Below are positions 13,319-26,662 of a stretch of 64,000 bases of DNA, in pieces (the stretch's first letter is position 1; each line of letters begins with the position of its first letter). The notes beneath the pieces were generated by a model. That model saw nothing but the letters and a program-made list of their open reading frames with translations. It did not search any database and had not been told where the DNA came from. This stretch comes from Takakia lepidozioides (taxonomy: Eukaryota > Plantae > Bryophyta), in the NCBI GenBank assembly GCA_030704615.1, contig CM060731.1, forward strand, positions 73,222,001-73,286,000, read 5' to 3'. Made by a program: the position numbers and the translations under genes.

Positions 13319-14674
13319 CTATTCTAATCGAACCTCAAACCACTGGATGGAGCCCTGACCACCCCCAAGGTCCAGTTCACATACAGAGCTTACCAGATAC
13401 TCCACAGCATCCTCCACATTGCTGTACTTTGCCAAATCCAGGGGCAGTTCTTTGCCTGGCCACTCTTGCAGCCACATCTTCCACCCATCATCAGCAATAA
13501 AGGGGAAATGTCAGTAAGCGCTGCATCTCATCTTGTTTTGTCTTCCATGCTGACAGAATCCATACCGAGTTTATACGTTGAGTGTGGTAGCATCTTACCT
13601 TTAATCTCGACTGTAGCTCTTCCAATGTCACAAATTGCTCATCCTCCCCCGGCTCTATCAGTACATAATTCTCATTCTCTCCATACAATACCCTGCGTGC
13701 TCCCCCTCCCTCTGCCACAACCTGCCCCACCCAATCAGTTGATAGGCAAGAGATCAAGGGGTCACACAATTGCTTGGAACTAGCAGTTGGGAGGCAATGA
13801 GTAAAGCAATATTGGCGCCTGTCGAATCTTTATGTTTAATTGTGGATGGTATGGATCAAAACAAAATGCACCACTTTGTAAGTCATCCTATACCCCTCTC
13901 TCCTCTCTCCCCAGCTGTAGGAAGGAAAAACAGCGTTCATCTATCAGGACAACGCTTGTAGAATTTGACAACCCACTATGAAGAAACACCACATCGGTGA
14001 TTGGGAGATGGCTTTGCAAGTATGATTTGTACAGACCTGCCGCAATCGTTGTCTTCGAGATAAGGGCAAAAGAAGTGCACGAAATGGTTTGTCAGTTGCT
14101 TTTTGGGCAGAGCTCGAGAATTTCGCTCCCAAATTTGTCACAGCTTTGCAACCTGCTTACACAGTAGGATCAGAACAGCTCGTATTTCTATGTTCCCAAT
14201 CTTTAGTGGCCTCAGGGTAGAACTTTCTTGCTCTATTCTAAGAGTAAGACAAGAAGAGAAGCATATGAGCATGTCCAGGAGGTGCATCGTTGCGAACAAG
14301 GCTGGACTCTCACTGTCATCCAATCAGTCTGACATTCCCGGTAGACATTAAAAGCCAGGCTCCCTTCTTTTTTGTCCAACCATGTGAGCCACAGCATACG
14401 CTCTGAGAGTCTCCACTTCAGCACCATTGTAAGCAAATTCACGAAAAGAGGAACTTCGAATTTGTCTCTGGACATTTATGTGTCTGTGGGTGTGCAAAAT
14501 CTGTTCTCCATTCCCACCCTCAGTGCCAGGACCCACCATCTTAGAATGCAAAAAGAGGGGGAGAGAAGTACGAAAATCCGAAGCCCCGTGGTACTTTCCA
14601 TGGAAGAAGCACGAGTCCTGAGGTCTCCCTGGGCCAGTGATGAGGCAGGCTGCTGCGGCGCTCAGAGCGGCCAT
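13319..14674 (-). CDS. CRR7: Chlororespiratory reduction 7-like plastid NDH assembly factor; confident exons 13599-13692 and 13319-13477, upstream transit-peptide exons approximate
   Basis: [25 protein letters not shown]|[52 protein letters not shown] matches the CRR7 family. Candidate start [10 protein letters not shown] at 14674. Confidence 0.75.
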
Positions 14675-16371
14675 AGCTCCTCCCTGCCAGTGCCTTCCCT
14701 TTTGTTCCTGCCTTTTGGGCACACTTTACAATAATCTGGGATAAGGGATTCAAATCTTGTCCGACCTTTGCTTCGCTCTTTCCACATAAATCCCGGCGTT
14801 ATGGACATTTTACTACCTGGGGCCAAAAAGGGAGATATATATGTTGGCATGCCAGGAACGAAGGGCTATTGTCTTCTGTTTGGAAGGTGAACAAGCCATA
14901 TGGCAGTTGCTCATAAGGAGTGCAGCATACCAATGCCAAGTGGGTTGTTGCTCTTACAGGTTCACCCACAACTAGCCTACCTTCCTTGATCAAGTGGATG
15001 TAGCTTCATGCTGCCTGTGACATTGAAGACTATGGCTCATAGTTACCATCATAAGCATAAGTACAATGTGGTAATCAGGCAGCTGCCATCACCAGCTGAC
15101 TACCAGTTGGACAGCTTTGCAACTGACACAAATCAGAAAGTTACAAACGACTCCCACCCGTTATCAGAAACTTGCTTTCACACAATGAGTAGGGCAATAA
15201 GTGCTTTGAGATGCTAGCAAATACAATGGTCCCCTTGTGTTCAGCACTATGCAAAACATACTTCTAACTTGAACAAGAGTAGCTATGTTGTAACAGGGAC
15301 AGGATAAATTAGGCTGACAACAGCAGTCTTGTTCTTCACATTACACAAATTTGACATGCAAGCTTTAAGCAGTGGTGTGTGGCATCAAGCTGAGAAGGCT
15401 AAAACCCCCAAGAACAGGGAAAAGGTTCTCCACCAACTGCATATTTCACTTGCTGCTGAAGAAGAGTAAATACCATGCAACCAAACAACATACATGCTAC
15501 CAGACGGGCCATGGAAGCAAATGGCATACTGAATTGCATTTACATTCTGAACTCCCTACAAGCTGTACTCAGGTACTACACTCTGCTTTGAGTTTTAGCT
15601 GCTTCAAAAACTCCAGATAAACCCACATAACAAATGGTTTGACTTCTAATCCATCTACAACATAGATGTGAAGCAAGTGCTTCCTCCATGAAAGAAAGAA
15701 TGACACTTAAATCCACTCCCCATAATACTGGGTAATCCACAACTGTATTATTCAAGATTCCAAGAATGTCCTGTTCACCAACATCACACACTGCCCACAC
15801 TCCTTGCACATATCCCTGTGAACTACTGGCCAGGTCGTGCGTGTGGAATGCAGTTTCCCATCAAATTGCAGCCTTAGATGGCCCGCGAAGTAGCAGCTGT
15901 CATGGAAATTGCGAGGCTGCACAACATAATTGCACATTGCGTCTCAGCTGGGCCTTCTCTCTAAGGGGTGAACTTTCAGCAAGAGGTAAATCAGAAGCAG
16001 GTACAGACTGAACACACCACTTGAATCAAAGGCACCTTGGAATGAGCAAGTCTCTCGAAACAAAAACTGATAGCAAACGGCCGAACTCTTGGACGTGCGC
16101 AAAACCATCCATACAGGAGTCTCACAGTGTAGCCATAAGATCCAGCAAAGAAGCAAAGTCCCCTTTAAACACTAAGTGAATTGACCAGGCTTGAATCTAA
16201 ACTATGGATGAGAATTCCTGCCCACCCTTGCCAAATAACAATTTGACTACAATTTTGTAGTGATCCAGTGCACCCTAGCAGCTGCTAGCACGTAGTAGCA
16301 AGCAAGGAACAAACACCCAAAGGGTGCTTTCTTTGAGGGGTTAAAGCTAACAAAAACTGCAGCCCGAACCA

Positions 16372-18658
16372 TTACGTACGCGCCCTTTTGTTGGTGCAGG
16401 ATGGACACTTGTACTGCTTAATGTGTTCAGCTCGTGCTGGTGTGATCTTTACACATTTGCCATGGAACCACTTTTCGCAAATGTCACACCCTATCCAAAA
16501 CTCATCAGCAGTGTAGGGTCCTCCACAACTTCCACAGAATGTATCACCATGCTCCTCCTCCTCATCTTCAAGGGTTTCCTCTTCTTCCTTTGGGGCAGGG
16601 GGACCAGGCTTTGAGGGCTTGGTCGGTTCAGTTCCCCGCTGCTGCACATAACACCACTCCAAACATCATCAATCACAGAATGTGTATACTAAACAAGCCA
16701 AGCCACTCGATATGACACAACTTCAGTGGGTAAGCCTTCTCATCACTGACCTCTGCAATGAAACCCCGACATCAACATTCACTTACTGACAAGTCCACAT
16801 GCAGAGTTGACCGTAATCAACTACAATAAATCAAAAAATCTCCCTCCCACTATCAGCCCTTGCTCATGCACGAAACCTTTTTCCATCACATCATAGAACA
16901 CTCTGCAAGGCACGGCATTGAGTTATGCATTAATTCAAGTAGTTCCTTCCAAGAGAATGACAGTTAAACCAAATAGACACAATGGGACAGTGACTCACCA
17001 CTTTTCCTGCAGCCTTGGCTTTGTTGCCAGTGTTATTGATGCTGGTTTTCTCCTTGACAGGCTTCTTGCCGGTCACTACATCAAACACGGTCGGGAGTTC
17101 ATTGATCATATTGAAGAGACGCTTCCTGTACAAAGGCCCAACCAAAAGAACACGGTAGGTAAAAGATGGTATAATTAAAAGACTGTGACTACTGAGTTGA
17201 ACTGCTGCAGAACTTCAATTTTTTTGAAGCCATGCCCTCTAGCTTACATAAAGGTCTGTCCAAATGGAAACTTTAAAAATGCTCGATGACAACTTTCTAA
17301 ACTGTCGAGAAGCACCACCTCTCATTATTCATTTGAAAACTCGAAAACCCAGTAATTTGATAAGTAAGCTGCAAAAGAACAAACGCATGCTTAATTGATC
17401 CAATCAAAAGTAAAATTAAAGAATTCACCAGAGACATGTGCAAGTCCTGACTATTTACGAAATTCAAAGTAGAAATAATAATACTAGCAACTCCCATTAG
17501 TGGAGTTTATTAAGGGATGCCAGGAGGAGAAAGAGAAGACTTGTAGATGGTCTGACCTTTCATTTTTGTCAAATCGGGCACCATAATAGAATGAAACTGC
17601 CAGAAGCCAGGCATCGCTGTGCACAGCCACTAAGGACAACCAATCCTTTCGTTGCATGCCATCTCTAGCAAAGTTGATTCCCAAAGCAGGTTCAGGTAGC
17701 TCTGGAGGAACCTCTTCAGCTGGTAAGTTTACCTCCCATGCTTCCTCAGGAAAGCCATAGAGACAGAGGTTTTCCTTCTCTGCCCATGATCAATATAACA
17801 ATGAGTCCACCTTGTAAAAGCTGGGTCGGAAGAATCCATTGATATCAATGATCAGAATTTTACCACAGGAAAAAAAATACACAACTAAATAACGAATAAC
17901 TTTCTTGTGCAGACTTGATACAACCACTACCAAGATACATCAACAAACTGCCGCATCATTTTCGAAGCCCTTCAACATACTCTGCAGCAAAGCAACCTAG
18001 AGTATTCCCAAACCCAATAAAACCTCGACAGGGATCTGACGTCAGATCCAACCAACCTGGATCGCACTGCCGGTAAAATTCTTCAACCTCTGCAAAACCA
18101 ACCCAAAGAGGACACTGAGGGTGAGATCGACTCAACGGGTATGACAATAACAAACAATAAGTATACATTGAGCGGCAGGCACGGAAATGGAATCAATGAC
18201 TGGAATACCTATCCGTAGGTGCAATCACAAAAAGCTTCATGTACAGGTCCTAAGCTGTCCACCACAAGCTTTGTCGTGTGATTCATAGAAGACAACGTCT
18301 AAATAACAAATAGCGCACGAAACCCACGCTAGCACTTTACACGAAATAAAACAAATGTCAACCAATTCTCACATAAGACTATCTGAAGCGCCTAGACTGA
18401 CGTCTGTGAACACACAGAAGAACTCTTACTTCAACAAAGCCAGAATATTTTCCTTCCTGTAGCCGGACATAACTTGAAGTCATACGCTGTCCACAACGTC
18501 AAAGGCACTCAGAATCACAAGAAGTAACATTACGCAAAACACTCCAACTCAACCCTACCTGTCGTCAAGGCCTTCAGCATTCCTGATCGACGCCCCTTGA
18601 AGTCCTTAAAGACTTCTTCAACCGTACGGGGATTAGTGGACACGGATGCCCCCTCCAT
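16372..18658 (-). CDS. Alfin-like PHD finger protein (AL family), multi-exon
   Basis: Exons [116 protein letters not shown], and the [44 protein letters not shown]. Confidence 0.95.
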
Positions 18659-21317
18659 TGTGCAGACAGGCACTTGATACGTATCTCTGAAAGAAGGAGA
18701 GTGACGAAAAGTATCACGGAGTTCCTACAGCCTACACCCTAAAGCGACACAACGACGCGGAAGCAAAAAATCTCGGAAAGAGAGCTGCAACGCCGCACAG
18801 TAAACACACGCAGAACCACTTTGCACCAAAAGAACGGCCTCGGCGAGCTTCGCATCTTGAAATACTCTAAACTCTCAACCAAAGATCTCACCAACCAGAA
18901 ACCCTAGGGCTACCAGCCACGCGCGCCACACAACTATCCTCCACCCCTCTCTCTCCTCCCAATAATCACACGCCCGATCCCTGCAGCGCTCGGCCTCAGG
19001 ATTTATCGAGCGCGCAACGCAGCGAAGCAGCCAAGGAGGGAACTCGAGCAGACGAGCCCGCATCCCCAAAGCCCACCCCGATACAAAGCCATCCATGCCC
19101 ATCCCATGCCCATCCATGCCCATCCCATGCCCATCCATACGCCCGTACACCGGTCAGCGTAACGCGACCACACTTTGAACGGGGCGCTTTCGCCTTCCCT
19201 CCACTATGTATCGCCACAATACTCCAGTTTTGGTAGGGAGTCCAAATAAGCTGCGAATAAAGGGATAGCCAAAGTTGGAGAAAATCGACCCCCGAAGTGG
19301 CGATTGAGGACCCGAGTTCGAACCCGAGGAGGGTTGCAAAAGGAACGGCGGGGGTTAGTGACCCGTGCGTCGCTTTTTCAGGCCATGTTCGGCATCTCTT
19401 CATCGTACCGTCCATCCCGATAATCCAACGGTTTTTCGTCTCCGGGCCAGCAGACCTACCCTAGCTGGGAACCCTACCGCATGCATCGGCATGCCATGGC
19501 ATGCCGGCACCGTCATCGCATTCAAAAATAGTTGGAGCTCGTCGTCCTGGATTGGCAATGCTCGAATTGGAAACAGAGGAGCAAGCAATCGCTTCAACTG
19601 TTTTACAGAGGAATTCTGCCTGCGGCACCGTGCTTGCACCGTCTGTTTCTGTATCTGTATATCTCTCGACATTTCGAGGTTTTCGTTGTGTGTCTCTCTC
19701 CGTAATTCTAGTCTGGTTGGTTGCCTCAGTTTTTCACGATCGGCACAGGGAGTAGGTGGTATGATGGAGGATCGTGGATGAGAGAGCGTGAAGAAATCCA
19801 CATGGCCAGATAAATCTGGCCATGTAGATGACGTGGAAGCGATGTAGAGGAGGAAGGAAATTGTAGGAGACAAATTCTGTTCGCAATTCCGAAGGTTGTG
19901 TCTTCTTCCACAAGCAAGCGCATTCCGCTTCTGTATGCCCATCTTCGGGAACTTCTACTATCGCGCCTTCCACCCTTGAAGCGCCCTGTGTTACTTGCAT
20001 TCTTGCAGTAGAATGAGCGTGCTCGCCGCCGCAGCTGCACATTTGTTGTTCAACTGCCAGGGCCAGACCCTGGGGAAAGAACGGGGATCAGGCCATGTTG
20101 CTATCGTCAGCGGTCGTCAGGCGCAGGCATGGATCAGAGGTTACTCGGCAAACTTGGATTTTGAGTAGACGCATTGCGGTTCTTTTCTTTGCGTTCTTTC
20201 TGTTGGGGACACATCAAGGCGTCACTACTGATGACATCCTAACGGAACAGGGGAAATTAACATTCCACTTTCGAAGCCATCGGTCGACCTGCCAACGGTC
20301 ATACGCGGGGTCTTGCTAGTTTTACCTCTCGAAGCTCTCAATCGTCGCCTCCATGGACAGACTTTTATACGCAGCACACTGTAAGTTCGAACACGTCTTC
20401 TTTTCTCATGCACATATCCTGCACTTGCAGAACTCCTCCTTCTGCACAAACTGAAACTCCCCTCTACTATTCGCAATTTCTCGACGTCTCTCTGCTGCAG
20501 TGGCTGAGCAAAATCGCAGCGATTGTGGTGCCATCGGCGATGTGCTGAGCTCCAGAAACTCTACTCAGAGTCTGCGAAGCAAATTCACATGACAATGTTT
20601 CCGTTGCTTCTTCACAGAACGACGAGCGAGCAGCTTCGTGATGCGTGCATGATCCCATCAATGCAGATAGGCCTGATTATATATATATGTATTATACCAA
20701 ATACAGTTTAGATACTGCCTGACTACTTTGTGCCCGGGTGGTGTAAGTAGTAGGTACCTACCAGGTAGAGGTAGGTGGGCGGTAGGTATGTGTTGAAGAT
20801 ACGGGTGTGTAATACGGTGAGAGTAAGTATAGCCGCTGGCGATTGGGCAAACCCTAGTTTGGATTGGAACCTGGAATCGACGGCTGCGAGGCAGTCTAGA
20901 GGATTCCGCGAGATCCCTGTGCTTCAAATATGGGAGCGCGACGAAGAGCGACGGTGGTCAGACGACGGCTCGCGCCTCAGCTCCACACCAGCGATTGCAG
21001 AGCGGGAGGAGGATCGCAGAGCGCGATTGCTTGCACCAGCCTTGCTGATCTCAGTTGCTGTGCTGAGGAGGCTTGATCGGGCTTGGAATTGCTTTTTCCC
21101 AGGGGAAAAACAAGGTGGAGGAGAGGAGGGAGGGGCTGGAAGGCTACCACAGGTGTTTGGGGAGTTTTGCTGCTCTTGACACTCGCTGGGGGCGCCGGGA
21201 CAAGAGGTAGTAGGCGTAGGGGATTCAGTGGGATCAAGAGGGAGAAAGATTGACGAGAAGAGGGAAAGCGGGAGGAAGAGAGGAAGGAACTGGTTTTGCA
21301 GCGGGAAGGAGAAGGAT

Positions 21318-24300
21318 ATGGGAATGGAGGTTGCAGATGGGGTGACGAAGAGGCTTGGTGAGGAGGGAGTGAGCGACGAGGAGCTGGTGGCGATAGCTCG
21401 GTCTTGGGTGCTTCGAGCTCTCACCTCGGTGTCAAAAGGAGACAGAGGTCATTATAACAAATTAGTGTCCGATGTAAGAGATGTTCGCCTGAATGATCCA
21501 GCAAGTGAATCCGCTCTCGCGCTAAGAATCAAGGCCCTATCCCAGAACGTTTCTTTCATCGATGAGAATGTACACCAGGTCTTGCTCAACCAATTGTTAG
21601 GAATGAGTTTCTGGCTGTATACCGACGAAGTTGTTGGCTCTCTGATGTCCTTAGTTGTCAATCTTGCAACTGCAAACGGCAGCTGCGTTGCACAATGCCT
21701 GGATGTGCTGGTACGGAATTTCTTGCCACCGTCCTGCGGTTTGCCCGCCTTCCTTGATTCGTTGAGCAGGACTAGGATGATGATGGGGTTGATGAGCATG
21801 GACAATTTGCGGATGCAATCTGCTGAGCATGTGTCCAAAAAAGATGCGGTATGTTATTTCTTTCTCTCACACTCGCCCTCCCCTTACTATATATTGTATC
21901 CTCCCGCTTTTGGTCGCACTCCCTGTGTTCTGTTTCCATGAGATATTCGTAATGTAGCTTTTGACATTTTCAGCATTAACACCTTGCAGTAAATAGAGTC
22001 TCTGAACTATGAAGTAGGAAACATAGATGTATACGTTGGAGGCGGTGAGGGGGGGAGGGTAGTCTAGTGGAAGAAAGTTCAGGGTTTCTATTTAAATGGA
22101 AAAGTTGCCAAGTTCTTTGTATGTCAAGACTTCGATGTTACCAGTTGGACTGATAGTAAGGCAGCTGTGGTGAAATAATGTGTGTGAGGTTGATCAAAAC
22201 TGCAGCCAGTGGCTTGGCATCAGCTAAGTTGCTCTGGTATTCCCTGCACTTTTAGGTTCCACGCTCAGAGCTGTCTCGCTCTGAACAAGGCTTTGAATGG
22301 ACAGCAATTCCTCTCTGAGACACACATACTGGCCATAGCTCCTCAGGCACAAGCAGGCACCAAAAAGGAAGGAAGTCCAGTTTAGCGAGTTCCTGCAGGT
22401 GAAGTAGAGAGGCCTGTGTAGACACACGCTAACTATGAGGGGTAAATGAGCCCCTCAGTCTTTTGAATTTTGGACTCCAGAAAACATTCCAAGGTCGAAT
22501 TCTGTCTCTGCGGTAAGCTGTGCAAGTGAGAATGAATGTGTATACGCCTTCAACATCCCCCATGGTGCAGTATGTGGAGTTTTATCTACGATTTACTGGT
22601 ACTCTATGTGGCCGCCTCGCTGGACCAGACCTGTTTGGGTAGGCATGCTGAGCCTAGTCATGGAGCCTCGAGGTAATGGCTGCTTACAAGTGCATACAGA
22701 CAAGTGTTCCCACTGTCTGGGACCTTGACATAGGTACAGCCGGCGATCTCAATTGGCATCATCACAACTCGCAAGCTTTTCCTTGTTGAGCAGTGTAGTA
22801 TAATACTTACCATGCAAGACATTTTGTTAGTATTTTGCACTAGGTTTCAGATTATTGCTCGAATGGGTATATGTGAGGTCACCAAGAGCTGTCAGTTGTA
22901 CTGTAGTTGAGCCTCATTACATGCTTTCACATCAATGTCATGGATCGGATCGGCTCAACGGCATTCTAAATTTGTTTTCTATGAAGGTGCAACTCAGAAG
23001 AGTTGTACTTATATTTTAGTGCTGATTCATGGTCTCAATGTATACTTGATGATGAGACCAGCACAGCCACTCAACACTGTAGGTGAACACATGGCTTATG
23101 TGGCTGCAATTGCAGTGGCAATCACGCACAACAGAGGAAGAGAGGGTTTCAGCTGTTAAATTGAGATTGCTTGCTACTGGTCAGTGGTAAGTAGGAAATC
23201 GTGGTGTTGGGTCTCTGCTGTTAATCAGCAGACTTGGGGCACCCTCTCTGATTACATGATGGCCAGGAGAGAGTGGAGGGATGTATGCCTATGCCTTGCA
23301 TTCCAAGGAGGGAGCACACGACTTCACTCTCGTGGCTCGAGACATACACTCTCAGAGGGAGGGAGGTAGCTTTTAGAGAATGGTTTACTGGGGTATTATT
23401 TTCACCTACTATAAATTGATTTTAGTAGTATCTTCGGACACACAAGCTTACATTTGAAGATGCTTTTTTAAGTTAGTGTAATGCATGAGTGCCTTGTTCT
23501 AAGACCGTGTTATCTCCCTTTTTGGCATTGGACCACTCAGCTGGGGGTGCTAGTGTCATTCTTGACAATCTAGTGTATCCTGTCTCATAAGTATCATAGA
23601 GCCTGCAACAGTGCCTCCGAAAGTGTATTGTTATGACAGCTAATTGCCAATAAACCTTTTCATCGTTTTTCAATGGATTCTGTTATTTGCTGATGTCACG
23701 TTCACACTGATGCAGGTCTTGGGCCCCCTTCATTCAGCTATGCACCAGATTGCAGAGCTTGTGCCCACGGCAGCATTTCGTCTGCAGCGGATTATTGTGC
23801 AGAAAATGCCACACAGAACAAGTGAGAAGCAGTGGATGGCCCTATATTTTGAGAGCATGTTGAGATTGGAAAGTAGCCCACTCGGAAGGGCCATGGGGGG
23901 CCAGATGTTAATGGCAATTGTGGACCGTCTGATTGAGATTGATGTAGAGATACGGTGGGAGGATATTTTGAAGGAGGATGAGAGCAACAAAGTTTTCATG
24001 TTCCACATGAATCTTGAGGATGACACCACTGTTGGAGAGAAAGAAGGTGATGATGGTGTTTGTCTTGCTGACTCAACGGGCCCTGGCAGCGAGGCCAAGC
24101 TTCAGCATGGACTAGTGGCTGCCTGGCCACCACAGAAAGGAGAATTGCCAACACTTGATGAAATGGCTGACAAGATGGATCTGATGATGGACATGACCTT
24201 TGAGCACTTGCAGATGTGTGCTAAACGGGCTGATAGTCACCAGGTGTTTGAGGCATTGGTTCGGTCCTTCCAATCAACAATATTGGACACTTACAAGTCC

Positions 24301-25329
24301 AAATTCACCCAGTTTCTGATTTTCTATATGTGCTCCCTTGCTCCCACTACATGGGCTGGTAGCTTTGCTTCCCTCCTTTGTGAAATCTTTCTCTCCAAGT
24401 CACGTCCTCCCAACACTCGGATGTCTGCAGCTGCCTACCTTGCAAGCTATCTGGCTCGAGCAATTTATTTGCCTCAATCAGTGATACTGGATTCCACCAG
24501 GCGTGTGCTGGATTGGTGTGTATCTTATGCTCAGTTGTCTGATGATAGAAGGAATCCTACCATGTGCACCGCAGATCCGGTGGTACATGCGGTCTTCTAT
24601 TCTGCATGCCAGGCAGTGATGTATGTGCTGTGCTTCAGATTAAGGGGACTTACAGAGGACCTCGCACAGAAAGGTGCATTGCGTACGCTACCATTGCAGG
24701 AGCTGGTGGAGCATCATCTGAATCCATTGGGCTTTTGCTTACCGTCAGTGGTTGAAGAGTTTGTGAAGCAGGCAAGTATAGCTCAGCTGATAGATTGCAG
24801 GGCATGGGAAGACTTCAGGGACATGGTCAGGGCACAGTCTGCAGGCTCTTTTGGGGGAGAAGGCAGGCTTGACATGTTCTTTCCATTTGACCCCTATCTA
24901 CTGAGGCAGTCCGAGAGGTTCATCCGACCAAATTTCATTCACTGGTCATCGGTTGAACCCCCAGATAGGCAGGAAGACAATTCTGACCAAGAATATGCTG
25001 ATATTTCTGCAAAGTCTTCAGAACCAAGCTCCTCCTGGGAAGACGATGCAATCTCCATGCACCGAGATATGGCACACTCGCCAGAGTCTGCTGTGGGCAG
25101 CTTAGATGAGGTGTTTGGCGAAGACGATGAGATGGGTAGGCATGGTAGAGAACAGCCTGTAAGGCCAGGGAGGTTCTATCAGGGAAGGTTTGAACCTAGT
25201 AGTTTTAACAGCAATGATGGAGGGTTGGTGGATTCTTTCTTGGACCATATGTCTTATACACCACCTCGGGAACTTCCTAGACTGCCTGCTATGCTCCCCC
25301 CAACACTTCCTCCTTTCTTGTTACGATAG
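21318..25329 (+). CDS. RRN3: RNA polymerase I-specific transcription initiation factor RRN3; exons 21318-21848 and 23716-25329
   Basis: LIEIDVEIRWEDI, TYKSKFTQFLIFY, AAAYLASYLARA, FYSACQAVMYVLCFR, LDMFFPFDPYLL. The GT-AG intron is in phase 0. Confidence 0.92.
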
Positions 25330-26339
25330 ACACTACTATACTCGATGAGGAATTCTGGCCAGTAAAATAAACACCCGTCTCTTTTCTGTCTGTTTCAAAA
25401 ATTGATTGGTGGAATATTTGATGGAATGCTGCACGCAATTGCTTCACTTTGGAAGGTAATAAGTGTTCTAATCCAGGACTGGAGTGATACCTTTAACACC
25501 TAAAAGGGCCTTCCAGCAAGATAGATGAACACTGCATTCACAGTAACAGTGTATTAGAGATCTTATATGTAAGAACCCAATGGAATGGAATTGACTTTCA
25601 AAGATAAGAATATTGTTATCAGCAGCATGCAGGTGGTATGATCAGCCCTGGAAACTGGGTCTTTACTGTTCTGTCATCCCCTACACAGTTACTGGCTGGA
25701 GACAGGTCTAGTCTGGATGGACCTCATGCCAGGCTGCCAGGCAGGCAATTCCAACTGCCTACCAAGAGATTGGTGATTTAGAGGCCTTCACCTTCTAAAT
25801 TGAAGTTAATGATGCTTCTCAGTCATAGAGCAGTTCTTGCTAGTGTATTCAATCTACTTCAAGTTGAATACTACCAAAGAAAGTCTCTCCAGCACTCCAA
25901 GGTAATAGATGGCAATGGGATCTGGGCTTGGGTGATTCTGGCACTTAAAAAGCATTCAACAGGAAATCTGGAAGGCCAGAACCGAACTTCTTGGCAGAGC
26001 CCAGTCCACTGCTGGATGATAGTAGGAACACATACAATTTCTAACATACCCAGTCTCCCCAAAATTGTCAGGGACCTCCAAGCATCCATCCTTCTTACAT
26101 GCGAAGTTCCTGAAACTTCTGCATCAATCCATTCGTCCTCACAATCAGCAGACACTGCATCTGCAAATAAAACTTTCCGTGACTTCACTGCTGCTGGTCA
26201 ACTCATGTGAAAACCACCATGGCCTGCTTTCTGCAGTACATTCAGCGACTGAAAACATGATTAGGCCTTTCTTTTCCACCCTCTGAATTTGAAGAGACCC
26301 AAGCCCCTTCATCACTTCCAGAATGGGTGGGGTTACGGA

Positions 26340-26662
26340 CATGGATGATGCATCTCCTAGAACAACTGTCCGCCCAACAAGTTTTGACATGTACTTGGTC
26401 CTGTGTTGCAGTCACCACAACCTTAAGGGTCTTGAGAACATGGGGACGTGTCCCAGGGGGAGTGCTGATAAGCCCAAAGCAATGGCCAGCTGCTCACTCT
26501 GAGGGAATTCTTTTGAGCTCCTCTACATGAAGTGTGCCCAGTACGTGCCCTGCCTTCATCCACCCACATAATCTCCTTAGTTCAGCATGGATTCCAGATG
26601 TATGCACCCAGTTATCAACCTCCATGCGGCTGCGCTGCCATTTCTTCCTGAGAGGTCCTCCC
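26340..26662 (-). pseudogene. Eroded E+/DYW deaminase domain downstream of the PPR stop codon
   Basis: Frame-broken remnants: RKK..SRMEVDNWVHT, IHAELRRL..MKAGHV, SEQLAIALGLISTPPGT, KTLKV/CGDC, KYMSKLVGRTVVLGDA. Confidence 0.8.

Noticed and set aside
19365-20480. Overlapping ORFs between the Alfin-like gene and RRN3, including a signal-peptide-like ORF at 20095
   Set aside because: No recognisable domain and no convincing splice donor. Probably promoter/UTR sequence or a decayed fragment.
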